Source: Felis catus
Taxonomy: Eukaryota
Reading direction: 5' to 3'
DNA: 64,000 bases
NCBI RefSeq assembly: GCF_018350175.1
Contig: NC_058368.1
Coordinates: 150,042,001 to 150,106,000, forward strand
The notes beneath the pieces are model-generated. The model was not told the origin of the DNA. It made no database searches and saw only the letters and a list, made by a program, of their open reading frames with translations. This document shows, one piece after another, positions 1-13,702 of this stretch. Within the stretch, counting starts at the first letter, position 1, and the number at the start of each line of letters is the position of its first letter. The translations under genes and the position numbers were made by a program.

Positions 1-2934
1 TGGAAGGTTATGAATTAAGAAACATTAGTAATAAGGAAAAATAAAGGCTTTTGCTATTTCATTAGCAAGACTTGATTTCTTATCTCTGTTTTGGTTCAGA
101 ACCACTCTGTGGCTCTGGCTCTTCTATGACCTACCGGCCTTTTGTTTTCTTTCTAACCTCCAGTGCCCATTCACTCTGTCTTTTCTCTTTATCATTTTTC
201 TCTTCTTTTCCTTCTCTTCCACTAATACTCTTACACAAATTTCTTTCTGTTACCATAGAAATTAGTGTTTTTGCATATCATCTGGACTTTCAGGAGATTG
301 ATTTGATGATTATGTTGATGACCTACTGGTCTAATCAATTCAAAGGCAACCAAGAATACATTTTGGCCATATCTGTAATTCCTGTACTAGATGAAATGAA
401 CCCATCAGTCAAATAAAAGACTTAGAGAAACGAAGACTCCAAATCTAAAGATATTTTTACTTAAGCACATTCCTTAGTTATCAAGGAAATTTTGCTATTC
501 TCGAAAGTTGGCTAGAGTGTCTCTCAACTCAAAAACAAAGCATGCAAATTGATAGTTCATGTAGCCTCATAGCCGCAAATATTGTTTTCCTATGCTATGA
601 ATGTGTAATTCTTTCTTGAAATTTGCTGAGGTATTTGCCTCACTAAAATCCTGTGGAAATGAGTGCTGTAGATTTATTAGGCACTCCATAGAAATGTATT
701 TCCTTTGTGTTTTAAATTAGTTGCATTTTAATGTCATTGAACATGCCCTTGTTCTTGTTTCCATTTGTGGTCTTGCATCCAGTGGGAATTTATAGGGCTC
801 AGATTTATTTAAATTATGCTGATGTATTTGATCTTTCAACATACAGTGCATGGTAAAAATGGGTGTCTGTCCATATTCATAAATGAAATATGAGGGAAAA
901 GGCAGGCTGATAAATTCTCCACTAAATCAGGTTTAATTAGATATCAAAAAGGGATAAAGCCTGGCAAAGTTTCTACTCTAAGTGTTACAGAGATCTAAGA
1001 TCAGGAAACGAAAATAGATATTCAAATGTGTATTATAAAACATTTTCTTGAATTTTATAGGTGACAAAGCAAGAACATACTTTTAATTCAGCCAATCCAC
1101 TTGTTGAGCAATAACTTCCTCTTCATTAATTCTTCCAATTTCACTTTATAAGTAGCTTAGGAAAACCTCTCCACCCACCCAAAAGATTATTAAGCTTGTA
1201 AAATACCATCATGCTTGCCTACGCTAGGCCTTAGGAATTATAGAAATATTATCAGCGACCCAAAGTTGACATAGCTATGTTTCTGCTTTTGGAATTTGGG
1301 CATAATTTGATGCATTTCTAAAACACAGTGTGGAAATCAATTCTTATGTTTGGTATGGAGGGGTTGCTTGCTAATTAAAAAAATAAGACAACAAATTCAT
1401 GACATGAAATAGTCTTTTTAAAATAAACAATAACCTCTTAATTTGTGTTTTGCACATATTAGATATTATTTTTATATACTGTGCTTACTGTGAGATACAG
1501 TCTTGCAAGTTTCAAGGATCCATGTACCTATGCACAAAAGGACATTTCCTTGTTACAAAGGCATACATTGGCCCTTTTCACTTTCTCCATGTGTCTGTCC
1601 ACTCTTTTCATCTGTGTTCTTCCAAAACAGATGAGTGAGAAAAAAAATCAAAGTGTCATTAAAATAGTTGTAGGTGTTGGAGGGATATATCCAAATGTGT
1701 GCTGGAAAAAATATCATGTGTACCTCCTATTCCATTTGCTCCCTTGTTCACCCTTCAACCTCCTCTCTCTTGTCCTCATACATCATCTTTTGCCAGGAGA
1801 TTTAAGACATGACACATATGAGTGGAGTTAGCTGTAACTAAAGCTGCTGAAATTGTGCTTGTGGTTCTTCTCCATATCTCTTTACTAACTATAAAAATAA
1901 ACATAGACTGAAATTTAGGGGTCAACAAATATGTTAAATATCATAACTTTATTTTAAAACATAGCAAATTCAGTGTATTATGACGGAAAGTCTTTTAATA
2001 CAAATTAAATACATGGCATTCAAAATGCTACCAAAATGCCAAAATAAATGATCACAACAAAAATATCATGTGTACAAACCTTAGAGATTTATGTAGATAG
2101 TTCATTTTACCAAGTCCATTTTTTCCTGTGCTAGAGAAATGTTTGAAAATCTCACTAAAACTTTCAAGTTTCTTGTGACTGATTGATTTAGCACACTCAT
2201 TCTTAAGCTTCCACACCTAGATTTGACTTTCCCTCATATCTCCACAGTTCTTTTAGACTTTCATCAATAGTTCTGATGCTCTGCAATTTCCTCCTGTCCT
2301 TTAATACCCTAATTTGTCACTCAATATTTAGCCATACCCATTTCCTAAGCCACCATGGCAACTGCTCCTTTCGTCTACACAAACTATGTAAGTATTCTCA
2401 GTACAAAAAAGATTTCAAACTCCAGAGTTATAATTCTGTGTTAGTTTTGTTTTTTAGAATGTCAAATCCATGATTCAATTTCTCTTTGGCAATAACAATT
2501 CCCTACCATCAGTTTTGTGCTACTGATTTCATCCCCTTCCGTCCCCTCTCGGATCATCTTCCATTAATCATTCTCACCTCCCAACTCCTCTTCAATTGCC
2601 CATTGCTTCTTTTTTTCCCACTGCTATGGTCATAGTGAATACTTTTATTCTAAAAACATTTTCTTTAAACCTGCCCCACAAATTAATCCGCATTGTCATT
2701 ACCACTTCCTCTTCTTGTATAGTGTTTTAAGTTACAAGTATATTTGTTGCTTTCACTTTTCATTTCTTATAAAATTAGAACTATTTTTTTTGTTCAGTTC
2801 ACTCAAATATGAAAATAACTTCTCATATGTTTTCATTTATTTCTTACCCATATCCAGTTTGAGAATGGCAAGGATTTCTTCTTGGAAAATGCTCCTCCCT
2901 TGACTTTAACACAAAGAGCTAACATTATTTTTAT

Positions 2935-3125
2935 ATATACTTTGAGTGCTTTATAAATGCTAGACACTGAACTAAAGGATTTTACACATTTTTTTCTTGC
3001 ATAATATCCCATTAACTATCCCTATTTCACACATGAAGAAACTGAGACAAAGAAGTTGATTACCTTCTCAAGACCACACAGTGGCAGAAGGGCAGGCTGG
3101 TTCCAGAGATCACTCTACAATTATC
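2935..3125 (-). mobile_element. MIR SINE relic
   Basis: MIR-core-like tatttcacacatgaagaaactgagac...ttctcaagaccacacag; highly diverged. Confidence 0.7.
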
Positions 3126-3399
3126 ATGTCTTTCATATTAGGTTCTGGGCTATCTTCCATTGATCACTCTTGTGCTGATCTTTATATATGTATTATATAT
3201 GTCACAATTTCAAATTATTCATCAGTACATTCTTGTTAGAATTGTAAATAATAAAGAAATATATGGATTGAAAAATGAAAGTTCTCTCTTCTCTCCCTAG
3301 CCCAATTCTGAGGCCACCAGAAGACAAAGAGGTTTGTTGTGTATTCTTCCAGACTGCTTTCCACGCATTTACTATATCCATGCATTAAGTTAAAAAAAA

Positions 3400-4450
3400 A
3401 AAAACTATTTCCACAAATGGGATAATATTGCATATTTTTCCATGGGTTAACTTTCTTTACTTAATAATGTGTTTTGGAATTATGGAGTTCAATTCTTTTT
3501 ATTTCATCACATACAGATCTGAGTCATTTTATTTAATGACAGCATAACATTCCAAAGATGGAAATACTGCGTTGATTAACTTTTAGGCTGTTTTCTAATT
3601 TTTGTTATTATAAAAAGTGATGCAACTGGTATTCTTGTACAAATATGTTTGTGAACAGATATACAAGTCTTTCTGTAAAACAAATTCCTAGAGATGGAAT
3701 TATCAGGTCACAATGGTATGCTCACTTGCTATGTAACAATGGACAAATCTCTTCCAAAAGGGCTGCACCAATTCAAATTCCATCAACAGTATATCAGAGA
3801 CCTCATTGTTTTACAGCTTTTCTATAGCTTGATGTAATCCATAAGAGATGAGTCCATCTGATGGGAAAATTGTTTGCAATTCCTTAAATGTAAATGACTT
3901 TAAGTATATTTTATGTTTCTTGCCTTTTCATCATATTAGTCCATTTAAAAATTATTACTTTTTTCAATTCCTTTAATGTATAGAGAGTAGTTAAACATTA
4001 TTAATTCTTAGTGTGCTTATTTATAATTGTTACAACTATTTCATACTATTTTATTAAAATCTGTTATTTTTTTAATGTTCCCTTCCTATGCAGAGTTAAT
4101 ATTCCTATTAGCTCCTTGAATTAAAAGTTTAATTTGTTATTAACATGCTTTGTTTTCTGATAAAGATATTAAACCTTCTGTGTTTTCCTTTTAATTCTAT
4201 CCTATGCACTTTTCACCAATTTCATTTGTAGTCCCTTCTTATTGCAACTCACTTGTGAATGTTACCTATTTTAGGTTTTGATTTCCTCTTTCACCTAAGA
4301 CTTGCTTAGAAGAGTGTTTTAATTCTTTCCAAGAAGATACATAAAATACTTTGTACATAAACATATACACATGTCTGTGTTTTTGTAAGTAAACACATTT
4401 ATTTATTTATAGTTTAGTTATGATTTGGTTTAATTCTTTTCAAGAGGCAT
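3400..4450 (-). mobile_element. Ancient L1 (L1M-type) fragments
   Basis: T-rich diverged antisense L1-like text (e.g. attcctagagatggaattatcaggtca, tccaaaagggctgcaccaattcaaattccatcaacagt). Confidence 0.55.
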
Positions 4451-4924
4451 TCTAAAGTATTTCTTCTGTTACTTAAGTTAAATGTTACCTAGATGCTTTG
4501 TTTTAGTAACGATAATTAGATTCTGAATATGTGTCATCTCAGAGCATTTACTAGTCAAAGTATGCATTATGTTACACACATGGATTGAAAGAGACTTACC
4601 AAGGAAGGAGGCTAGTAGTGGACAGTGGTGTAGCTAGTTATTTGATGACAGAGTGTGTCATTTTAAAATATCTTTCCTCTTTTATTTACAAAAATCATTA
4701 TCAGTAGTATTCAAAGAATATATTTCATGCACATTCATATTCACGTATGTTTTTCACATCTAAAAAATTTGTAGTTCCTCAACCAAAATGTTATGCACCT
4801 TTGAACTCTGTTGTTTTAAACATTTTAAGCACAAATAAAAATTCCATGTAATCACATAGAGTGAGAGAACTGAGGTAACTCAAGTTCTGTTTGTCTGTGT
4901 AATCACTGTATTGTATTATGGATG

Positions 4925-5835
4925 TATTATGGAGAAAGTTTGAGTCACTAGGTAGAAGACCAAACCAGACACATTTCCCCTGAGGTCAAAGCCTAACCTA
5001 GAGAAAGGCTCCAACTGTCCTCAGTTCTGTGATTGCTGAGGTTTAAGGAGAGAAGCAGTCTATATAACACAAGTGCAAGGTAAAGCAGCAAGTGCTGATG
5101 TAGAAGTGATCAAGAAGATCTAACCAAGATAGCGCATGAGGGTGGCTACACTCAACAAGAGATTTTTGATGTAGAGGAAATAGCTTTCCTTATATTGGAA
5201 GAAGATGCCATTTAGGACTTTCATAGCTAGAGAGGAGAAGTCAAGGCTTGACTTCAAAGCTTAAAGTGACAGGTTGACTCATGTTAGGGGCTAATGCAGC
5301 TGGTGACTTTAAGTTAAAGCCGATGATCATTTACTATTCTGAAAATCCCAGGGCCTTGAAGAGTTATGCTAAATCGACTCTTCCTGTGCTCTATAAATGG
5401 GACAACAAAGCCTGGATGACAGCACATCTGTTTACAACATGATTTACTGAATATTTTAAGCCTACTGTTGAGACCTACCGCTGAGAAAAAAAAAAGATTT
5501 CTTTCAAAATATTACTGCTCACTGGCAATGCACTTCATCACCCAAGAGCTCTGATTAAGATACACAATGAGATTCATGTTGTTTTCACGCCTGCTAACAC
5601 AACATCCATTCTGTGGCCCATGGATCAAAGAGTCATTTTAACTTTCAAGTTTCGTTATTTAAGAAACACATCTCATAAGGTTATAGCTGCCCTAAATAGT
5701 GATTCCTCTGATGGATCTGGGAAAAATAAATTGAAAACCTTCTGGAAAGGATTCACCATTTTACATGCCATTAAGAACACTTATGATTCATGGGAAGAGA
5801 CAAAAATATCAACATTAACAAGAGTTTGAAAGAAT
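4925..5835 (+). mobile_element. Tigger1 (pogo/TcMar) DNA transposon, decayed internal transposase fragment
   Basis: ORF 5620-5829 MDQRVILTFKFRYLRNT...SDSSDGSGKNKLKTFWKGFTILHAIKNTYDSWEE matches the Tigger1 DDE transposase; upstream frames are broken; no terminal inverted repeats seen. Confidence 0.92.
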
Positions 5836-6102
5836 GGATGACTCATTGTGTGGGTTGTCTTTTCACTTTCTTGGTAGTGTTTTTTGAAGCACATTTTTTT
5901 TTCTTTTTAGTTTTGATGAAGTCCAATTTATCTAATTTTACCTTGGCTATTTGTGGTTTACATGTCATATAGAAGAAACCAGTGCCTAATCCAGTATTAC
6001 TAACATTATGTTTTCTTCTAGAAGTTTTATTGTTTTCAATTTTACATATAAGTCTTTGATCCATTTTATTTTTTAAAATAAAGTTTACTCATTTATTATT
6101 TC

Positions 6103-6153
<51 letters not shown>

Positions 6154-6965
6154 ACACACACAAATGGGGGAGGAACAGAAAGACAGAGGGAGACACAGAA
6201 TCCAAGGCAGGTTCCAGGATCTAGGCTGTCACTGGGCTCGAACTCACGAACTATGAAATCATGACCTGAGCTGAAGTTGGGCGCTTAACTGACTGAGCCA
6301 CCCAGGTGTCCCTTTGATCTATTTTAAATAAAACTTAGTACATGGTGTCAAGAAGAGGTCCAAATTTATTCTTTTCCATGTATATGTCCAATTTTCAAGG
6401 AAACTTACTAAAAACACTCTCCTTTTCCCCAAGTGAATCAAGTGAACATAGATACATGACTTTATTTCTGGGAACTTAGTTCTAATCCATCAATGTGCAT
6501 ATCCATTGTTATGCAATGATACAGTATCATTTTAGCTTTATGGTAAGTTTTGAAACTGGAACATTTGAGTCCTCCAACATTGTTCTATTTTTTAAAGACT
6601 TCATATACAAAACATGAGTTCTATAAAGTAAAGGGCAATAAAATTCTGGGCCCCTTGCATTTTGTATCAATTTAACAATGAGCTTATCAATTTCTACAAG
6701 AGGCTACTGGAATTTTGATGGAAATTAGGCTGAATCTGCCGATCAGTTCAGAGATCACTGACACCTTAATATAGTTTTCCATTCCATGAACATGAGAAGT
6801 CTTTCCATTTAAGTCTTTAACTTCTTTCTATATCGTTTTATAATTTTCAGTGTATCAGCCTTGAATTTTGTCAAATTTCTAATTATTCTTTTTGATTTAA
6901 TTACAAGTGGAATTGTTTTCTTAATTTCACTTTCAGATTGCTCATTCCAGGTATATAGAATATGC
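5836..6965 (-). mobile_element. Old L1 ORF2 fragment, interrupted by a SINE
   Basis: Minus-strand frames KLDKLDFIK..CASKNTTKKVKRQPT and NEQSESEIKKTIP resemble ORF2. Confidence 0.85.
6069..6311 (-). mobile_element. Can-SINE
   Basis: tRNA-like head, (GA)n and T-tail; TSD ctttgatc(c/t)atttta at 6054-6068 and 6312-6326. Confidence 0.95.
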
Positions 6966-7219
6966 AACACAGTGACAAACACGTTTGTGGAAAAATTAGT
7001 TTCCAAATTTGACTTTAAGATAAATACCCGGAATTGCAATTACTCAGCCAGTGGGTATGCATCTTCTCCAGTAGTTCCTGAAAATGGATGTTTGCTAGCC
7101 AACATATACTATTGTAACATATTTGGTAATGTGGTCTTTGGGCAAGAAATGTTACTTCAGTCTCTTTCAAATGTTTTTTTTAAGCAAAATTAAACTTCTC
7201 ACATATTTTAGCTTTTAAA

Positions 7220-7690
7220 AATTTTCTCTTGCTTACTTAACTATAGTAATCTCATTGTTTTATAAATCTTTTTTACTGATCTTTCTATCCTTGCCACCTA
7301 CCAGGCTATTCTCAACTCAGCAATTCAAGAGATCCTATTACAATGTAGCTCAGCTCATGTTACTCCTTTACTTAAAACCCTCCACTGGTTTGTCCTTTCA
7401 CTCAGAGCAAAGCCCTAACAATGGCCTACATGATTTGATCCCATTTGCCTTCTGATCTCATTCCTACTACTTTCCACTTCTGAATCTATTCCTCATTCTC
7501 TCCCTTTCAACTGCCTTGGTTTCTTTGTTTTTTTCAAACCTGTCAGGGTGAATACATGATTTAGGGCCTCACTTCCCTCTACCTGGAATGCTACCCCCCA
7601 AATTTCATATGGCCCCTCACCTCTGTCAGGTCTTAGCTCCAATGGCACCATCTCAGTGAGATCTTTATTGAACTCCTAATTTAAAACTAT
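7220..7690 (+). mobile_element. L2 LINE 3' relic
   Basis: L2-like motifs cttaaaaccctccactggttt and ttccctctacctggaatgct. Confidence 0.75.
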
Positions 7691-7750
7691 AAGCATCCTC
7701 AAATTTGACTGAAATTGCATTACACTTAAAATTTTCAAAAACTGGAATTT

Positions 7751-7956
7751 GGGGGCACTTGGGCGGCTCAGCCAGTTAAGCATCCAACTTCAGCTCAGGT
7801 CATGATCTCACAGTTCATAGCTTTGAGCTCCGTGACGGGCTCTGTGCTGACAGCTCAGAGCCTGGAGCCTCCTTCAGATTCTGTGTCTCCCTCTCTCTCT
7901 GCCCCTTCCCTACACACACTCTGTCTCTCTCAAAACAAACATTAAAAATTAAAAAA
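7751..7956 (+). mobile_element. Can-SINE
   Basis: ggggcacttgggcggctcag head, CT-rich tract, A tail; imperfect TSD aaaaactggaattt / aaaaacagaattt. Confidence 0.95.
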
Positions 7957-8226
7957 AAAAACAGAATTTTAAAAACAATATTTAGTGTTCCTATCTAGGG
8001 AAATCATTATGTGTAAATATTTTCTTCATAAAGATCTCACTTACTTTGTTTATTCTCAGATATTTATTTCTTGCTGCAGGAGTTGTCACTATTGTTAAGT
8101 TTTTACTCTATATTTTCTTTCATTTTATCTGTATTATATGGAAAAACTCCTTTACGTATTTATCTTATCTTTAGACTAGCTTTGAATTCTCTTTGAATTT
8201 GAATTCTCTTTTAAGTGAATAGCTTT

Positions 8227-8396
8227 GAACGAGTGGGGGAAGGTCAGAGAAAGAGAGGGAGACACAGAATCTAAAGCAGGCTCCAGGATCTAAGCTGTCA
8301 GCACAGGGCCCGATGTGGGGCTTGAACTCATGAACCACAAGATCATGACCTGAGCTGAAGTCCGACGCTTAATCAACTGAGCCACCCAGGTGCCGC
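8227..8396 (-). mobile_element. Can-SINE lacking its 3' tail
   Basis: Antisense SINE head and body are present; tail and TSD are absent. Confidence 0.9.
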
Positions 8397-8442
8397 AATA
8401 TGCACATATTGTGCTTCATCCTTTCCACTACCATATTTCATT

Positions 8443-8651
8443 CTTTTTAAAATTTATTTACTTCGAGAGAGTGAGCACGTGCATGCACACATGAGCAGGA
8501 AGGGGCAGAGAGAGAGGAAGAGAGAGAATCCCAAGCAATCTTCACACTGTCAACACAGAGCCCAACGGTTTGGGCCTTGGAACCATGGAATCATGACCTG
8601 AGCTGAAATCAAGAGTAGAACGCTTAACCAACTGAGCCACCTAGGCAACCC
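8443..8651 (-). mobile_element. Can-SINE (older subfamily)
   Basis: TSD tccactaccata at 8424-8435 and 8652-8663. Confidence 0.93.
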
Positions 8652-9580
8652 TCCACTACCATACTTTTTTATTTTTGTTTTCTATCTTACTGTATTGAGA
8701 GAACTTTCAGAATAAAGTGGAAATAATTGGAGTAGGGCTGGAGGTTCTAACTCTTATTAGAAAGCAGAAAGACATTTTTTACTTCTTCTATAACAAGAAA
8801 TTGGCAGGTAAATCTAATATATGTACCCTTTTTAAAACCACTGAAGAGTTACAGATACAAGAACACTGAAAGAACAAAACACCAGTGCGAAGAAACCTTC
8901 CTAGGTGATCGTGAGATCTAGGATGCTTTATGCTTGAGACCAGATGCTGAGGTTGAGGTTGGACACACAGAGAAATGTCTGCTGTGAGGGATCAGTCTTT
9001 GCTGACATGAGGAAAATTAGTCAAACTTTTGACCAAACTATGGGCCAACATGCTGGATTTAAAGCTAGTGGAGTCTTGTCTGCAAACATTATCTTCTCTG
9101 CTCAAAATTTTGCAGTGATCATTTGTTGAGAAAGCATGGCTGAGGAAAAGGATGGGAAAGCAAAAAGATCTGATGGTCTTGTAGTTGTTGACTTACAGCC
9201 ATGAAGGCTCCAAGTTTTAGTCTACGCTCTCACTGTTCCACCGTCTCAAATACCAGGAGGCAGAACTACAATAATGCAGTCAATTCTCTCCCTCTCACCA
9301 GCTTCTCATTCTTCATACCAAGAGAAAAGATTCCCACAATTTTGGAGTTTCTCCTCTAATAGTAGTAGTGAACTAGAAACTGACTGTCCTTGAGGCCTAT
9401 TTTGAAATTAACTGGTTAGCTTTTCTGAAGGAAATTAATGAGGCTTAGGTTGGATCTCAAATAATAAAGTAAATAGAACATGGTATGTTCAACAATAAAA
9501 CTAACTTATAATCAGGGCTCAGGATGTAGGTTTTATTTTAACTTTCATTTTAACTTTCTAACAGACAATAAATTTACCAG

Positions 9581-9790
9581 TGTTTTAGTCCTGGTTCCCT
9601 GGAAGTGGATCCTGTATATATGATTTTTCAAGAAGTTCTTTCAGGGAAGAGACAGTGAGAGAAGTAGGACAGAGTGGTCTGGAGTTTGGCTTCAGTCTGA
9701 TCCCACAGAAGCCAGATCACAAAATGTACAGAGTTCATCCCAGGATGAGGCAAGGAGGTGGCTTTCTGGATCTTTCCATTATAGATGGCC
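9581..9790 (-). mobile_element. Old ERVL/MaLR-class LTR fragment
   Basis: tgttttagtcctggttccctggaagtggatcctg resembles the antisense 3' end of LTR16/MLT1-type LTRs. Confidence 0.5.
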
Positions 9791-9839
9791 TTCTCCATTC
9801 TGAGATTATCAAGAATAATACAGGTTCCAGTACTTTAAT

Positions 9840-10760
9840 AATTTCATTTTTCTTTTTTTTCTTTTTTTCTTTTTACATTTAAATGTGTGATCCAACTGGT
9901 ATTTATTTCCATGTGGTGTATAGAATCTCCCTAATATTTTCCCTAAATTGTTTATTAAATTACAAATCTTTTCCACACTGATTTGTAATTATAATTTCAT
10001 CATATATTAGATTTGCATATATATTTGAGTCTGTTTCTGGACTTTTAAAATGTCATCTATTCATAAGCCAATCCTATAATGTTTCTACTTAGGTTTTTAT
10101 AATATAACTTGATTTAATATTTAATAGGCCTAGTCTCCCCTTATTAGTATTTTTTCTTCACAATTTCCCAGCCTATTATTGCTCATTCATTTTTTCCATA
10201 TGAAAAAACCAAAGATTCATCTGTCTACATAGAAAAACTATTTTTTTAATTTTATTAGGATTTTGATATGCTTATGAATTTAGCAAGATTTGGAAATATT
10301 AACTTACTGAATCTTCCCACGTACAGTCAAGTAATGTTGTTCTATTTATTTGTCCACATGTTATTTTCTTGACTATAGCAGCCTTTTACAGTATTTTATA
10401 TAGCTCCTTCTCATTTCATATTGTACCACAACCTATATAATATGGTTTGTAGTATAAATAAGACCAAGGATTTCTATTTATTAATTGTGTATCCATCTAT
10501 CTCCCGGAAATCTCTTACAATAGTACAGTAGTTCTATTAAATTTCCTAAGATGCAATTATATTACCTACAAACAATAATACTCTACCATTTCTGATTTTT
10601 ACACTGATAATTTTCCTTTCCTCTTTTATAAGTATGTTGACTAGTTTCTGCAGAGAGAGGGCAAGTACATGATATCCTACTGACCACTTTTGCTTTGATC
10701 CTGACTTTTACAGACATGCTTTAGTGTTTTTCATCAAACATGAAGTTCTTGGACATTTAA
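9840..10760 (-). mobile_element. Ancient L1 (L1ME-like) ORF2 relic
   Basis: Diverged antisense L1 text (tttgagtctgtttctggact, ttactgaatcttcccac, tgatcctgactttta). Confidence 0.6.
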
Positions 10761-10974
10761 CTAGCTCCCCTTTATTTCTTTTTGCAGAGCCGGGTGACTT
10801 TCTTTCTGGGCTCGTCCAAAGCTGCTCATCAGAAGACTAGCCTTAACTATCTTCCGTTGACTTATTTACTTTATCAAACACAGGGCTCACTGGCCCCGAT
10901 GGTCTCCTCTCTTCTAAAGAAATAAGATGTCTTTTTATTTCTTCTGAAGATGCAGCATCATTACTGCTGAAGTC

Positions 10975-11527
10975 AACCAGTCATATGCCCTGGGAAGGCT
11001 GCTTCCTCACCCTTCCTCACCCTCACCATTGGCTTCCATGACGCAGGTACAGAGAGGGAATTTCTGATTCCCCTGCCACTACCACTCTTAGTATGGGATC
11101 TGGCACCTAGAGCACTCCTCAAAGGGGCCAATAATGAGACCTGAAAGTTCAGGGGCATTAGCAGTCTGTGTTGAACATTGATTGTTGGAAAACAGGAGAT
11201 GAGTGAAGCTTGCAGGTACATTTTCCTCCACCTCCTCTCCCACGGAGGGATTCAAGGTTTCTCCCTGCAGCCTCTAGAGAAGCCCCAGGTATTCAGCTTA
11301 TGCACCAGCCACATGACTTGCTAGTTTCCTTGTCACTCTTGTGAAGCATTATTCAGCACTGTCCTGCTTCTCTTTACAGTGTTTCTCATTTTTCCTTGCT
11401 GCACTTCCTTTTTTTTTTTTTTTTTCGCATCCTTGCAGTTCTGCAAGGACTTCCCAAATAATAATACATTAGCACTTTTCTACTTGTCTCAGGTTTCGCT
11501 TTCCTTCTCAGGAACCCAGGATAATAT
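10975..11527 (+). mobile_element. ERVL-class solo LTR (LTR16-like)
   Basis: Ends ttcccaaataa...cttgtctcaggtttcgctttc..ggaacccagg, typical of LTR16/LTR33 3' ends. Confidence 0.6.
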
Positions 11528-11678
11528 ACTACTCTTAATGCATATTTACTCCTAAACCACACTTAAAGATATAAAGGTTTACCTATTATTGTATCTTTTA
11601 CCTAGGGAGATGATTTAGTAATTCTAGAAATCAAAATATTTTTTTTCTTTCCAGGTCATAAGTGGCAATATTATCTCT

Positions 11679-12278
11679 TCTATCAGCCAGGGTTCTATCA
11701 GAGAAGCAGAACCACTGGGAATACTGTAGAATAAGAGATTTATGAGAGAGATTTGACTTTAAGAAATTGCAGGAAGTGTTAAAAACAGCCTTATTTTGGC
11801 TGTTTCTTCTGTATGTGGTACTAAGTCTACACACACACGGCAGGCTAGTGGGAAGAAAATGAAAAGCAAGGGGGCAGCATGAAAAATTGGAAACCATGAG
11901 GAAAAAACTGAAACCTGCATCCATCACTTGCAAAACTCCCTGGTTTCCCTGTAACTCAAAGACTGATTTTGCTTCCATGGATGATCTGCTGGGCAAGTTG
12001 TTGTTTTGTTGTACCTGGCTCAGATTCAGAGAAACAGAGAAAAGATTTCTCAATAGCTGGAGCAGCTGTGGACTCTGTGAAAGCTTCTCTGGGCTCCAAA
12101 GACAGCCCGAAGGGCATTTACCTTCAGACAGTAAACTGTGCCTATTTCTGCACTTCTGCTTTCTAGATATCAAGTAAGTTTCTGTTGTGGTAACTTTAAT
12201 TGGAAACATTCAGGGAATTGATTTCTGGCAAATATAGTTTAGCTTAGCCATGTTTACACATCACAAAACCAACTAACA
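11679..12278 (-). mobile_element. ERV-L 3' LTR (MLT2-like)
   Basis: Termini tatcagccagggttctatcagagaagcagaacc and ttagccatgtttacacat...aca; adjacent to ERV-L internal sequence. Confidence 0.8.
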
Positions 12279-12339
12279 TGATGAAGCATCTATTTAGTGC
12301 ATAAATGAAACATATTAACCTTCACTATAAAAAGGATAC

Positions 12340-12829
12340 AATGTCCCACTATCCAACTTTGGGTAATGTTCATTCTTCATCTAACTGAATCATACATTTC
12401 CTTTGATAACCTTTAACTTAAATATGGACATATAAAGTTAACTACTACTAACTTATGTTATGTTTGATAGTTAGAAGATGAGAAAAAGGAACAACAGGAA
12501 AGCAACATTTGTACCTATTACAGTCCTCATTATTGCAACTTGTTACATCATTGGAGTTATTTATAACATCCTTCATTCCCTATTTCATATTCCCTTTGCC
12601 CTTAGAAAGCATATCAGCTGATCATGATTTCTTACCTGGGGAGTGAACAAAATTTTCATTCCTGAATGGTCTGGATCATTAGTATTCCTTTCTATTGGGT
12701 TTAGTTTGCCATTGACTTTATACATCAGGAGAATACCAAGAGGTGCCTGGAGAATCTCATGTATTCCAGACATACTCCTTCTTAGCCTCATTGTATAATA
12801 GCAACCTAATTTTCCCTTGGTCATCAAGA
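12340..12829 (-). mobile_element. ERV-L internal region, 3' end (dUTPase/pol C-terminus), decayed
   Basis: Minus frame KVNGKL..RNTNDPDHSGMKI resembles the ERV-L KVNGKLQQPNPGRTTNGPDPSGMKV segment. Confidence 0.85.
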
Positions 12830-13702
12830 CAGAACAAATTTAACCAAGGTGGTGAAAAACCTGTATTCTGAAAACTATAGGACATTGATTAAACAAACTG
12901 AAAATGATACAAAATAAATAAAAAGTGTACCATATTCATGGAATGGAAGAATTATTGTTGTTAAAGTGTCTATACTACCCAAAGCAATCTACAGATGTAA
13001 TGAAATCCTTATCAAAATATCAATAGAATTTTTTTTCACAGAATCAGCACAATTAATCCTAAAATTTGTATGGAACCACTGAAGACCTCAAACATCCAAA
13101 GCAATCTTGAGAAAAAAGAAGTTGGAGGTATCACACTACCAAATTTCAAGATGTACCACAATCTATAGTAATCAAAATACTATGGTACATAGTATTTTTG
13201 TACTATGGCACAAAAAAAAGACACATAGATCAATAGAATAGAATAGAGAACCCAGAAATAAACTCATGCTTATATTATCAATTAATATATGACAAATAAG
13301 AATATACAATGAGAAAAAGACAGTCTTCAATAAATGGTACTGGGAAAACTGGACAACTACATGTAAAAGCATGAAATGGACCACTTTCTAACATAATACA
13401 CAAAAATAAAATCAAAATGTATTAAAGACCTAAATGTGAAGCCTGAAACCATAAAACTCCTACAAGAAAATATAGGCAGTAATGTCTTGGATGTTGGTCT
13501 TAGAAGAATTTTTTTTTAATTTTTCCTCAGGCAAGAACAGCAAAAGCAAAAATAAACAATTGGGACAACATCAAACTAAAAAAGCTTACGCACAGTGAAG
13601 GAAACAATCAACAAAACAGAAAGGCAACCTACCAAATAGGAGAAGATGTTTGCAAATGATGTATCTGAAAGAGTTTAATATCCAATATATATATATAAAG
13701 AA

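Noticed and set aside
72..416. 114-aa ORF, with a YVDDLL-like motif in an overlapping frame
   Set aside because: Low-complexity F/S/L-rich frame with a non-ATG start. The YVDDLLV string is followed directly by a stop and has no RT context.
4622..4920. cagtggtgtagctag as a possible hAT-Tip100 terminus
   Set aside because: No matching second terminus or TSD could be found.
7751..7830. tRNA-like A/B boxes at SINE heads as tRNA genes
   Set aside because: They are tRNA-derived Can-SINE heads followed by SINE bodies and tails.
11631..12209. 192-aa ORF and overlapping ORFs
   Set aside because: They lie within an LTR and have no recognisable domain; chance frames.
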